The notes under the pieces were generated by a model that was not told where the DNA came from, searched no databases, and saw nothing but the letters and a program-made list of their open reading frames with translations. Both the position numbers and the translations under genes were made by a program. DNA of 64,000 bases from an uncultured Candidatus Saccharibacteria bacterium (GTDB taxonomy: Bacteria > Patescibacteriota > Minisyncoccia > Phycocordibacterales > UBA9973): assembly GCA_964426555.1 (NCBI GenBank), contig CAYRQJ010000004.1, forward strand, positions 19,109-83,108, read 5' to 3'. Position 1 is the first letter of the stretch. The number at the start of each line of letters is the position of its first letter. Of the stretch, positions 18,267-27,941 are shown piece after piece.

Positions 18267-21200
18267 CTATTTATTATTTTCTTTATACTGTCTAATTTTT
18301 TCATTTATTTCTGAAGTTTTTGCTGCAAAAATAGCTTGTTCTCTTGAGCTCATTTGTTCTTGATTAATTACCTTATCAGTAATTTGATTTAATCTTTCAT
18401 CTGTAACTACATTTTTATCAACAAAACTATTCCATTCTTCGTCTCCAACTTCAGCTAAGCCTTTATTTTTATAGTATTCTTCAATATTTTTAGTTTCTTT
18501 GTCAAAATCTTCTTTATCTTTTATAGTTTTAGCTAAATTCTCTTCAGATTCTCTATATCTGTCTTCTAAGTCTTGTGGTATTTTTTCATTTGGATTGTTT
18601 TGTTCAAAATCTTCAAATTCTTTAAACAATTCTCTTTCTTTTGAAGTTGCTAAATCAATTTCTTTGTCTAATTCTTCTTCTTTTTCTGCTTGACGATATC
18701 TGTCTTCTAAATCTTGTGGTATTTTTGTATTTGGATTTTTTGCAACAAAATCTTCAAATTCTTGAAAAATAGTTTCTCTTCTTTTTTTACTAGTTTCTTG
18801 TTTTGATTCACTAATTGAACCCACAATATTTCCAGACCTATTATCTACTGCTTTTACTTTACCATCAACGGCTGTAACATCTTTTACTGCAGTTTTTTTA
18901 ACTTTATCTTGTCCACTAGCTTTTTGTTCTCTACCTTTATCTTTTTTATTTTCAGCTTGCTCCATTGGTCTTCGTGGAACTATTGGAACTGGGATCGGTG
19001 GTTCTATTTCAGTTTCTCCTGGTAAATCAAAACGAATATGATTTATTTGGTTATTATTAACAATTGTATCAGTTACACTACCAGCATGATCGGTACCAAT
19101 ATGAGTAGCCAGCATTTGCATATGCTCAACTCCATTAGCATCAACACCATGCAAGTTGCCTATTTCAGCATAAGCACCTGTAAATACAGCATGACCATTT
19201 GATGCTTTTTCTATCATCATTTGGAAAGCTGCACTATCGTGTGGAATTACACCATTACCAAATTCATCTACAGGAATTTTAATTGGAAACATTTGACCAT
19301 CTTTTGTTACAGACAATAATAAAAACAAATTTTTGTTTTCCATTTGATCATGCGCAGCAACGGAAATATCGTCTCTCCATGAACCATCATTTAACATATG
19401 TTTTACATTAAATACAGCATCTCCATTTTCGTTAAAACCAGATCCACCTACTCCGCCCCATTGTGCTTTAAGCTCATTAAAGTCAGCACCCAAAAGATGT
19501 CCTGGGTTATTTGGGTCTTCATACATTGGTGTATCATTACCCATCCAGTCTCTACTAATATGAGTACCTAATTCTTGATGATCACGCATATATTCAGTAG
19601 CAGATTTTGTAACTGTTTCTGTAGTATTTTCACCAATAAATACAGCATCAGTATTTACATCTGCGGCTCTTAATGCTGCAAGAGATTCTGGGGTTAATTG
19701 GTTAGTAGCTGGGTCAATAGTAAGATCTTTTGCTACCACATCACTACCATGCATTAAATTATAAGATCCGTCTGGGTTTTCATGCAAATCAACTCCATCT
19801 GGTAAATGAGCATGGACACCACCAATTATTTCCTCATGACCAACACCCATTGGGATTCTTGGACCACCACCAAATAAAAATCTTCGAGCTGATTCCATTG
19901 CAGTAGCAGTATCACTAACGTGCATGTCATCGTTTGGTCCTGTGAAATGATTATGTATGCCTTTTACAGTTCCTTCAATCACACCATCTTCGTGAGTAAA
20001 TAAAGATGTAACTTCTTGAGTAGCAAAACTAAATATTGCTCCACCGACTACTCCTTTTACAAAAGCTTTTGCAACTCTTTTTGCTTTTATTTTTCTATAA
20101 ACTTTATCTTTTTCACCAATTTCTCCCTCTGTTAGATCATTTGAAAAAGTATCAACTAATGTTTTAAAATTAGCATCAAAATTAGCATGACGAGGACTGC
20201 TTGATTTACGAAGAGCTACTTTTAACATTGCGGCTTTTTCTAAAATAGCAGTACGGTCTGATTCAACTTTATCAAAACTTTCGTATGAGACTAAATCAAT
20301 TTTATTTTTTTCACCAAGTTGAATACGTGATTCAAAATCAACTAATTCGGCAACAATTTGATCCGCTTCGGCATCTGTTAAATCACCTCGTTCAAGTAAT
20401 GCTAATGAATTATCAAATGTAGATTTTATTTCTGTCGCATTTCTTGTTTCGTAAGCAGTTTTGTCCATTTCATTGCGACGTTCCATGTCGGCATCAAATT
20501 TTGTACCCTTTGCTTTTTCGCGCATATGTTGTGTACGTTCTCTTCTTGTACGAACAGATTCTTTTGAAGCTTCAAATGCTCCACCCACAACAAGACCTCC
20601 ACCAAATGCTAACCATTTAGCTGTATTTTTTGCTAGGCTTTTACTTAATGCTTTAATACCAAAATATGCTCCAGCAATAGCCCCAGTAGCTCCTATATTT
20701 ATTAATGCAGTACCTAATTTGGTTTTACCTGATGCTTCCATTATCTTATCAAAAGCAGTCTTTGAAGCTTCAGAATTTAAACTTTCTCGGGCTTTACCAA
20801 GAGTAAGCTGTACATCAAAATCCATATCTTGCAATGATTGGCCGTGGGCAATAGAATCTTTAACTTCTTTAGCGATATCAAACAAATTATCTGCATACAA
20901 ACTATTTTCTTGAGCATAAGCAGGATTATGCAAAAAAATTAATCTATCTTTTTCTGCTTTAAAAGCTTCTTCACTCATTGTATTTGAAGCAGCGTAAGAT
21001 TTGATTAATTCTTTTATTTGATTATTTACAGCAGTATTTCCTTCTCTTTTGGACTCATTTTCTTCTTCTCTTAATATTTCATCAGAAAATTCACTGGTGA
21101 AACGATCAACAATACCTTTCATTGCATTCTTATTATGTTCAGCATCAGCGTGGCCTTCTTCGCCATATTGTTTTTCGCCTTCGTAAAGATTGCCACTGTC

Positions 21201-21482
21201 TAAAATTTGCTGACGAACTTTTTCAACTTCTTTATTGCGATAATAGTCTTGAGCTAAATTATGTTTCCAAATACGTTTAAAAAATCGTTTAGTTCGACTA
21301 CCGGAAAGATCATCTTTTGATTCTGTCATGCGAGCATCAGCAATATCACGAGATTGTGCCGCAGCCAACTCGTCTATATTGATAATTCCAGCTTTAAAGA
21401 CTTTCTTTTCTATTTTTTTAGATGGATCATTATTTTCGTCTTTTTTATTATTGGGAACAGCATTCGGTATTATTTTGTCCAT
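18267..21482 (-). CDS. large hypothetical membrane protein (1071 aa) with glycine-zipper TM segments and tandem 45-aa acidic C-terminal repeats
   Basis: TM-like GATGAIAGAYFGIKAL / WLAFGGGLVVGGAFEA; two copies of F(Q/K)EFEDF..NPN.KIPQDLEDRYR; no catalytic motif recognised. Confidence 0.6.
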   Translation of the reverse strand: MDKIIPNAVPNNKKDENNDPSKKIEKKVFKAGIINIDELAAAQSRDIADARMTESKDDLSGSRTKRFFKRIWKHNLAQDYYRNKEVEKVRQQILDSGNLYEGEKQYGEEGHADAEHNKNAMKGIVDRFTSEFSDEILREEENESKREGNTAVNNQIKELIKSYAASNTMSEEAFKAEKDRLIFLHNPAYAQENSLYADNLFDIAKEVKDSIAHGQSLQDMDFDVQLTLGKARESLNSEASKTAFDKIMEASGKTKLGTALINIGATGAIAGAYFGIKALSKSLAKNTAKWLAFGGGLVVGGAFEASKESVRTRRERTQHMREKAKGTKFDADMERRNEMDKTAYETRNATEIKSTFDNSLALLERGDLTDAEADQIVAELVDFESRIQLGEKNKIDLVSYESFDKVESDRTAILEKAAMLKVALRKSSSPRHANFDANFKTLVDTFSNDLTEGEIGEKDKVYRKIKAKRVAKAFVKGVVGGAIFSFATQEVTSLFTHEDGVIEGTVKGIHNHFTGPNDDMHVSDTATAMESARRFLFGGGPRIPMGVGHEEIIGGVHAHLPDGVDLHENPDGSYNLMHGSDVVAKDLTIDPATNQLTPESLAALRAADVNTDAVFIGENTTETVTKSATEYMRDHQELGTHISRDWMGNDTPMYEDPNNPGHLLGADFNELKAQWGGVGGSGFNENGDAVFNVKHMLNDGSWRDDISVAAHDQMENKNLFLLLSVTKDGQMFPIKIPVDEFGNGVIPHDSAAFQMMIEKASNGHAVFTGAYAEIGNLHGVDANGVEHMQMLATHIGTDHAGSVTDTIVNNNQINHIRFDLPGETEIEPPIPVPIVPRRPMEQAENKKDKGREQKASGQDKVKKTAVKDVTAVDGKVKAVDNRSGNIVGSISESKQETSKKRRETIFQEFEDFVAKNPNTKIPQDLEDRYRQAEKEEELDKEIDLATSKERELFKEFEDFEQNNPNEKIPQDLEDRYRESEENLAKTIKDKEDFDKETKNIEEYYKNKGLAEVGDEEWNSFVDKNVVTDERLNQITDKVINQEQMSSREQAIFAAKTSEINEKIRQYKENNK

Positions 21483-21490
21483 AGGAGTAA

Positions 21491-21874
21491 TTAATTAAAA
21501 TATAAACTTTTAAATTCTTGCATTTCTCTTAGCATAAGTTCTTCTACATTTGGAATATGTGCCATTAGAAATTTATTTATTTCTTCTTCATTATCAGTAT
21601 CCAAAATTTTATCAAATGATGGTAATTGATCTTCAGATAAATGACTAACGATCATGGCATTTATGCGAGTTTCAAATCGATCAGAAAGATCAGATTTAAT
21701 TTGAGCAAGAACTTCGGGGTCTTTATTTTCGTAACCTTTTTCTTTAATAATAAGTTCTATAAAATCTTCTATATTTTTCATATCTAAATTATACAAATTA
21801 AAGGGCGAATATGTCAATAAATAACTAATAATACTTATAGTTACATTATATACTAAGACTTGACTTTTGTCCAT
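21491..21874 (-). CDS. small hypothetical acidic protein upstream of the 1071-aa gene (alternative start at 21781 gives 96 aa)
   Basis: ORF 127 aa; first 31 aa hydrophobic and possibly not translated; internal MKNIEDF start preceded by TATAAT-like sequence. Confidence 0.45.
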   Translation of the reverse strand: MDKSQVLVYNVTISIISYLLTYSPFNLYNLDMKNIEDFIELIIKEKGYENKDPEVLAQIKSDLSDRFETRINAMIVSHLSEDQLPSFDKILDTDNEEEINKFLMAHIPNVEELMLREMQEFKSLYFN

Positions 21875-22012
21875 TAGTATGCTATTATACTACTAATCCC
21901 CTATATGGGCAGTTCATTGAAAAATGACGGTTAAAAAATTTGTATTTTGTCGGGTTTGTGTTGAGTTTTACCATTCAGGTAGAAACAGCACAAATCAAAT
22001 AAAAAACAAAAC

Positions 22013-23065
22013 ATGTTTAACAGCAAAGGAGCCGCAACGGCACCACAAACAGAAGAAGCTCTATTAGAGCAGTTCTTGGTAAACGAGAACAACGTACAAA
22101 TGAACATTAAGTCTCTAGTACGCAAAATCGAGGAATTAAAGAATAAACTTGCTAAAATGAGCAAGGAGTTGTTTGGGACAGAAAACTTTACTGAAAAGAA
22201 AAGTTTTTGGCCTCATGTTCTTCTTTTTTTAATTCTTTTACTGGTTGCTGGAATTGAAATCCCAGTAAACGCGATGTCTTTCGAAATCTTTGACCGTAAT
22301 CCTGAGGAGACTCAGATTATGGCAATCGGTTTTGGTTTTTTAATCGCAGTTTTGGCTCACTTTACAGGATTTAGCCTGAAAAGAGCTTTTTCTGGAGAAA
22401 AGAATTTTTATTTCATATTTTTTGCCTGCATCATAATTGCTGGTTTTGCATTCTACACAACTGCATCATTTAGATTGCAGTATGCAGAAATTATGCATCG
22501 CAATGGGGTTTTAAAGTTTGGTCAGCAATTTTTCTTTGGCGTTGTAATGTACATCGTTGGAGCAATTGCAAGTTTTTTCCACACTAGTGGGGTAAAAAAC
22601 AGTAACCTTGAAAAGGTTTTCAAGGCCGAATTAAATAACCTAAGGTCTACAAAAATAGATCTAGCAAAAAATGTAGCAAAACGAGATCAATTGCGTAAGC
22701 AATATGCACTCGATAAAGCTGCAATTGAGCAAGCTAAAATTGATGAAATTAAACAAGAAAATGAAGAAAACAAAAAAATAGCCAAAAACGAAGCAGACCG
22801 GAATGAAAAATCTAAGAACACTGCAATCGAAATGAGAGCAGAGTTTGAAGAAATTTCAAAAAAGTTTGATATTGATTTAGGTAAAGCACAAGTAATGTTA
22901 AGTGATTCAACTTTTTCTAAGGCTCAAATGGAGGAATTTATTCCTTATATGGAGATAAAAGAAAGACTAGAATTATTATTAGCTGATGCTGCAAAAGTTT
23001 CTTCAAACGAAACCATGGGCAGGCTTGATGAAATGAACAATCAGTTTAACAATTTAAATGCTTAA
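22013..23065 (+). CDS. hypothetical membrane protein: N-terminal coiled coil, 4 TM helices, long C-terminal coiled coil
   Basis: 350 aa; hydrophobic helices at about aa 65-85, 100-120, 133-153, 170-190; K/E-rich heptad-like C-terminal 150 aa; overlaps next gene by 8 nt. Confidence 0.6.
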   Translation: MFNSKGAATAPQTEEALLEQFLVNENNVQMNIKSLVRKIEELKNKLAKMSKELFGTENFTEKKSFWPHVLLFLILLLVAGIEIPVNAMSFEIFDRNPEETQIMAIGFGFLIAVLAHFTGFSLKRAFSGEKNFYFIFFACIIIAGFAFYTTASFRLQYAEIMHRNGVLKFGQQFFFGVVMYIVGAIASFFHTSGVKNSNLEKVFKAELNNLRSTKIDLAKNVAKRDQLRKQYALDKAAIEQAKIDEIKQENEENKKIAKNEADRNEKSKNTAIEMRAEFEEISKKFDIDLGKAQVMLSDSTFSKAQMEEFIPYMEIKERLELLLADAAKVSSNETMGRLDEMNNQFNNLNA

Positions 23066-23762
23066 AAACATGAAAAATTTAAAATTGATTCTAGTTTCTG
23101 GCATTATTATTGCCTTGTTTTTTTCTTCTTGTTCTTCTACGGTTTCAGAAAAATCTACTCAAGATGTTTACATCTTGGTAGATAATACTGAAGCTAATCT
23201 CAATTCTCGTGAAGATCTGGTTACAACCAGTGAAATCGTGGAGATGGTAAAGTCAGGTGGCACTGTTACTTGGCAAAACATAAATGCTGTATCTTTGAAT
23301 TCACGAAAATCTATTGAGGTTACTCTTCCAGAGAACCCAACAAACTTCCAGAAAATGAATGTTCTGGAGCCGTTTGAAAAAGAAGTGAATGAGTTCAATA
23401 AAAAATTTCTGGGTCCTGTCACAAAGGGCACAGACAACAGCAGCATTTACAAGCCGGTATGCCAAGCTTTAACGACATTGTCTAAATCTTCCGCAAAAAA
23501 ACAAACCTTGATAATTGTTTCTGACATGATAGAAAATTCCCAGTTTGGGAATTTCTATAATCAAAAGCAAACTTTTGCTCAGGTAAAGAACCAGCTCGAC
23601 AGTAGTGGTTTTTCCTTTCCAAAAGATACTCGTATCAAAGTTATTATTTTGTATCATGCCGATAACCAAAAGCATGAAAAACAGCATGACAAAGCCATGA
23701 GGTTTTGGCAAAAGTTGTTTGAAGATGCAGACATTGAGTTTGAGGTGAGGGCTAATTTATAA
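23058..23762 (+). CDS. hypothetical lipoprotein/secreted protein
   Basis: Signal peptide with LFFSSC lipobox-like cysteine; 234 aa, no recognisable domain; translationally coupled to upstream gene. Confidence 0.55.
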   Translation: MLKNMKNLKLILVSGIIIALFFSSCSSTVSEKSTQDVYILVDNTEANLNSREDLVTTSEIVEMVKSGGTVTWQNINAVSLNSRKSIEVTLPENPTNFQKMNVLEPFEKEVNEFNKKFLGPVTKGTDNSSIYKPVCQALTTLSKSSAKKQTLIIVSDMIENSQFGNFYNQKQTFAQVKNQLDSSGFSFPKDTRIKVIILYHADNQKHEKQHDKAMRFWQKLFEDADIEFEVRANL

Positions 23763-23767
23763 AGGCC

Positions 23768-24271
23768 ATGGGAAGCGCAGAAAATGAAGCTGTAAAAAAG
23801 CTTGCTGCCCTTCTTCCACAACTAATCGATGTGAAAACTAAAATAGTACAAATTCAGGAAAAACTTTCCCAAATAAAATACTACAAAGAGTTCAAACAAA
23901 ACATCGATGCGCCGAGTGTACTTCCAATCCAAGAAGCCGAGGTTTTTGCAAGGTTTATAACTAATTTTCAAAAAACAATTCTTGATTTCAAGAAGTCGTT
24001 CAATGAGAACGATCTTTCAGAAGAATCAAGAGAAATCTTTCTAAGTATATTTTTATTAGTATGCAAAAAAGGTTTAGTTGTTGATGAAGATCAAATTGTT
24101 TACTTTGACAAAAGCCCCGGTCTTTGGAAAAAGAGTACGGTATATGTTCTGGGAAAATGGGACGATTTACCCTATAAAGCGAAAGCTGGGTATTCGTTAC
24201 AGGCTTATGGATACTTGTTAAGCTACAGTGAACTGGTAAGTCTTATAGACAAACTAGATTCGCTAATCTAA
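23768..24271 (+). CDS. hypothetical cytoplasmic protein (167 aa)
   Basis: No signal peptide, no known motif; starts 5 nt after upstream stop. Confidence 0.5.
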   Translation: MGSAENEAVKKLAALLPQLIDVKTKIVQIQEKLSQIKYYKEFKQNIDAPSVLPIQEAEVFARFITNFQKTILDFKKSFNENDLSEESREIFLSIFLLVCKKGLVVDEDQIVYFDKSPGLWKKSTVYVLGKWDDLPYKAKAGYSLQAYGYLLSYSELVSLIDKLDSLI

Positions 24272-24291
24272 CCGTCATTTAAAATTACAAG

Positions 24292-24322
24292 GCCCGTTCA
24301 AGAAATTGAACGGGTTTTTATT
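24292..24322 (+). terminator. rho-independent terminator
   Basis: CCCGTTCAAGAAATTGAACGGG hairpin followed by TTTTTATTTG. Confidence 0.7.
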
Positions 24323-24375
24323 TGATTTTTTGAATTTGTGTGATATTATATAAAAGAAAAAAATAAAATAAAACT

Positions 24376-25572
24376 ATGAAAATTAAAAATAAAATACTAA
24401 TCTGGATAATATTCATTATTCTTTCCTCATGTTCAAAGTTCCAAAAAGGTGGCGTCGATGAAACTGGCCTTGATATGGTTGAAGTTGAAGTTCCCTATTT
24501 TGGTAAACTATACACATTTGATTTTTATGGCAGAGAAATCACAATAAAAATTAATCCGTCTATAGTAGCTGATCTTGATTTGGAAAGTAACGACACTGCT
24601 CAAATTAGAGAGTTAGTTAAAAATCTAAAAGACAAAAATTTTGATAAAACAGTAAAAATGCTGATTGACCAAGCAAAAGAAATGGAGCTTGATGCTTTTG
24701 GCTATAGATTACTGTTAAAAAAGTTTGTTGAAGAAATTCTTGAAGACAAATCAAAAAACTTTGGAGAAGTCATAATGTGGTATGGGTTACGAACTAATGA
24801 CCTTGATGCGATACTTTCTAAAAAAGGTAAGCGGATTTTTTGCTATTCTTCTGGGTGGGGTTATTATTTTGTGAGAGATAAAACCGATGAAACAAATAGA
24901 GGAATGATGTCTTTAAATATAGAAAACACAGGGTACTGGAATGACAATAAGAATATTAATCCTGAAAACCAAGACCTACTTTTATCTTTTGATTTATTTC
25001 CAAAATCTAAACATTGCGATTTTATTTTTTCTAAAAAACTTCCTAAATTAGGCAAAAAGATTTTTTCTAAAAAAAGAAGCTTTGTTTATAAAGGAAGAGT
25101 TTATCAATTAAAAACATCATACAATAAATACTTTGTGCAATATTTAAACTCTCTCCCAATGAGAGGGCTTGGCAGAGAATATTTTAAAATTGAATTTAGT
25201 AAAGAAACTACGCAAAGTTTTGATTCTATACCTATGTGGATTAATGGCAAAACAAATGATGAAAAATTTAGCTTTTTACTAACTCTTGTGGATCAAGCTT
25301 TTCCTCATAGCGGTGGCGACAAAATTGAAAAATGGAATTATGTTGAACAAACCATGAAAGATGATTACGTCGACTGCGAAGACAGAGCAATTATGTTTTG
25401 CTATTTAGCAGAAAGATTTACAGATTCCAAAGCAGCCCTAGTCTTAAACGATGGTCACGCATGGGGTGCTGTACTAAACCAAAAATCATACAAATATACT
25501 ATGTGTGATCCGGGGTTAAAGTTGGGTCAAATGCTAGAACCAAATAAAAAATTCCGGATAATAGATCCTTAA
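24376..25572 (+). CDS. lipoprotein with C-terminal transglutaminase-like cysteine-protease core
   Basis: Signal plus ILSSC lipobox; C-terminal DCEDRAIMFCYLAERF...DGHAWGAV...MCDPG matches the Cys-His-Asp arrangement of transglutaminase-like superfamily. Confidence 0.6.
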   Translation: MKIKNKILIWIIFIILSSCSKFQKGGVDETGLDMVEVEVPYFGKLYTFDFYGREITIKINPSIVADLDLESNDTAQIRELVKNLKDKNFDKTVKMLIDQAKEMELDAFGYRLLLKKFVEEILEDKSKNFGEVIMWYGLRTNDLDAILSKKGKRIFCYSSGWGYYFVRDKTDETNRGMMSLNIENTGYWNDNKNINPENQDLLLSFDLFPKSKHCDFIFSKKLPKLGKKIFSKKRSFVYKGRVYQLKTSYNKYFVQYLNSLPMRGLGREYFKIEFSKETTQSFDSIPMWINGKTNDEKFSFLLTLVDQAFPHSGGDKIEKWNYVEQTMKDDYVDCEDRAIMFCYLAERFTDSKAALVLNDGHAWGAVLNQKSYKYTMCDPGLKLGQMLEPNKKFRIIDP

Positions 25573-25587
25573 TCCTAATTAACACAA

Positions 25588-25622
25588 ATGCCCTCCTGCA
25601 AAAATAGGAGGGCATTTTTATT
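25588..25622. terminator. bidirectional terminator hairpin GCCCTCCTGCAAAAATAGGAGGGC
   Basis: 8-bp GC-rich stem followed by TTTTTATTT, between convergent genes. Confidence 0.7.
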
Positions 25623-25640
25623 TGTATTTTTATATTATTA

Positions 25641-27935
25641 TTACTTCGCTACTTTTACAGCGTCGCCAAATTCTATGGAAAGTAATTTAGATACAGCGTC
25701 GGACCCCATGGTTACTCCGTATATTGTGCCAGCGCGGGACATTGTTTCCCGGTTATGAGTCACTACAAGAAGCTGTGTTGACGTTGAAAGTCGTTCTAAC
25801 ATGTCACCATAGCGCCTTGAATTGGCTTCGTCTAGCGCAGCGTCAGTCTCGTCCAATACAAGAAAAGGTGGTGGATTAACTTGAGACATTGCAAACAACA
25901 GTGCAATAGAAACCAAAGACCGTTCCCCACCGGAAAGCATGTTTAATTCTTTAACTTTTTTGTTTGGTAAATCTACATGTATGTCTACACCACGTTCAAA
26001 TTTTGGCAAAGTAGTTTCGCCTGCCTGCGCAGACAGGTCTTCATTTTCGAGACCTTCTTCTATTTCTTCTAAAGATAAAGTTTTTTCTTTTCGCATTTCA
26101 GCAACAAGAGAAAGAAATGCATTTCCCCCACCAAACATAGCTTTAAAGAAATTACTAAATTCACTATTTATTTTATCTATTCCGCGACTGAATTCTTTGC
26201 GAACAGTATCACGCAATTCCCCTATTAATCCCAACAGTGACTGCATACTTTGGTGTAAATCAGTTAGTTCTTTTGCTAAATATTCATCACGCTCTTTAGC
26301 ATTATCAAATTCTTTCGTTATTTCGTCACCACTGCCACCACCTAATTCTTCTAACTTCATACGTAGTCTTTCTAAACTGCGTCTTTCAGATTGTAGTATT
26401 TCTTTTGTAGCATTGTCTAATTTTTCTTCTGAATTTAGTGAATGAATTAAAAATGGTTCAAAGATTTTGTATTCTTCACGAAGAAGCATTATGTCCCCCA
26501 GAATTCTTTCCAGCTCATTTTCTCTATTTTGTTTTTCCGCGTTAAGACGAACACGCTCTACACGTTTTTTGTAATTTTCAGATTCAAAGCTACGCATTTT
26601 GGATTCTTCATCCAGTAAATTTGCGCGCTGTAAATGTTCGTCTTTTTCTAGAATACCAATAGAAGCAATGTTTTGTTCTATTTGGTTTTTTAGATCTTCT
26701 TGCATTGCTATAGCTGCTGACAATTCTTCACTATTATCAGTGTCTATATCTTCTCCTATATCTTTATGAATTCTATATTTATTTAAAAATTCTTTTACGC
26801 GGTGGCTAAGATTTTTTAGATTATCTATCCAAACATATTTTTCAGTATCAGGATTGCCTACTAAATTATCTATTTCATCAGCTAAATGGTCACAAAAAGA
26901 TGTAAATTCATCTTTACTAATATGCACAATTTCACTAGCTACTATTGGCTTTTTCTTTGGAGTTTGCAGTGCTTCAACAAGACCTTCGGTGCGACCAAGA
27001 CTGCGCTCTAAATTCTCACGAGTTCGAAGTAATGCAGATTTTTCAATTTGAATTTTCTCTATTGCTTCTTTTAATACAAATATTTGACTATTGTCATACA
27101 CTGCTTCATCTTCTATATTTCCAGAATCTGCACCGTGAGTTAGAATTTCATTTTCAATATTAAAAATTTCTTTTCTTATATCTTCTTCTTTTTTGTTTAA
27201 AATACCGTACGATGCATTTTCGTATTTGTAATATCTTATAGATAATTCTTTGCGAGCTTCTTCTGCTTCGCTAAGTTTTTGAACTTGTTTTTCTAAAAAT
27301 TTAAGATGTGGTAATAATTCCTTGCGTGCTGCTTCTACTTCGGAGATATTTATTTTTGCTTTTTCTAATTTTCTTTCAGCATCACGAATACGCAACTCAT
27401 ATACTCTTAGCCCTAATGCGTCGTCTATCATACTACGACGTTCACGTGGAGATGAAGATAGCAATCTGTCAGCTTCACCCTGAGAAATAATATGGTGCCC
27501 AGATGCTCCAATATGAACTGAAGCCAATAAATCAGTAACATCTTTTAGCCTTACTTCGGTTCCATTAACACTGTATATACTTTTACCATCAGCATACAAT
27601 TCACGAGCTACGGTTACATTATCAAAATCCAGTGAAATATTTTTTCCACCATCGTTAGCTAATGTTAGTAATCTTTTTTTATTATCAAAAGTTATTGCTA
27701 CGCGTAATTTGTTGGCAGCACCAAGACCTTTGGATCCCTTGAATAATAAATCAGTACTACCTTTACCACGAAGAGATTTCATAGACTGCTCTCCCAATAC
27801 AAAACGAATAGATTCTACAACGTTACTTTTACCTGAACCATTAGGCCCAACTACTGCTGTAATTGAAGAATCAATAGTAACAACTATTTTTTTACCAAAA
27901 GATTTAAAGCCAGTTATTTCTAAAGTCTTTAACAT
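25641..27935 (-). CDS. smc: chromosome segregation SMC protein, unusually short (764 aa)
   Basis: N-terminal head (GPNGSGKSNVVESIRFVLGEQS...QGEADRLL) and C-terminal head (LSGGERSLVSIALLFA...LVLDETDAALDEAN...VVTHNRETM) both canonical; intervening coiled coil/hinge only about 430 aa. Confidence 0.85.
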   Translation of the reverse strand: MLKTLEITGFKSFGKKIVVTIDSSITAVVGPNGSGKSNVVESIRFVLGEQSMKSLRGKGSTDLLFKGSKGLGAANKLRVAITFDNKKRLLTLANDGGKNISLDFDNVTVARELYADGKSIYSVNGTEVRLKDVTDLLASVHIGASGHHIISQGEADRLLSSSPRERRSMIDDALGLRVYELRIRDAERKLEKAKINISEVEAARKELLPHLKFLEKQVQKLSEAEEARKELSIRYYKYENASYGILNKKEEDIRKEIFNIENEILTHGADSGNIEDEAVYDNSQIFVLKEAIEKIQIEKSALLRTRENLERSLGRTEGLVEALQTPKKKPIVASEIVHISKDEFTSFCDHLADEIDNLVGNPDTEKYVWIDNLKNLSHRVKEFLNKYRIHKDIGEDIDTDNSEELSAAIAMQEDLKNQIEQNIASIGILEKDEHLQRANLLDEESKMRSFESENYKKRVERVRLNAEKQNRENELERILGDIMLLREEYKIFEPFLIHSLNSEEKLDNATKEILQSERRSLERLRMKLEELGGGSGDEITKEFDNAKERDEYLAKELTDLHQSMQSLLGLIGELRDTVRKEFSRGIDKINSEFSNFFKAMFGGGNAFLSLVAEMRKEKTLSLEEIEEGLENEDLSAQAGETTLPKFERGVDIHVDLPNKKVKELNMLSGGERSLVSIALLFAMSQVNPPPFLVLDETDAALDEANSRRYGDMLERLSTSTQLLVVTHNRETMSRAGTIYGVTMGSDAVSKLLSIEFGDAVKVAK

Positions 27936-27941
27936 ACTATA

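Noticed and set aside
22013-25572. Known defence system (restriction-modification, CBASS, toxin-antitoxin) for the plus-strand hypothetical operon
   Set aside because: No ATPase, nuclease, methyltransferase, cyclase or toxin motif could be recognised; left as function-unknown module.
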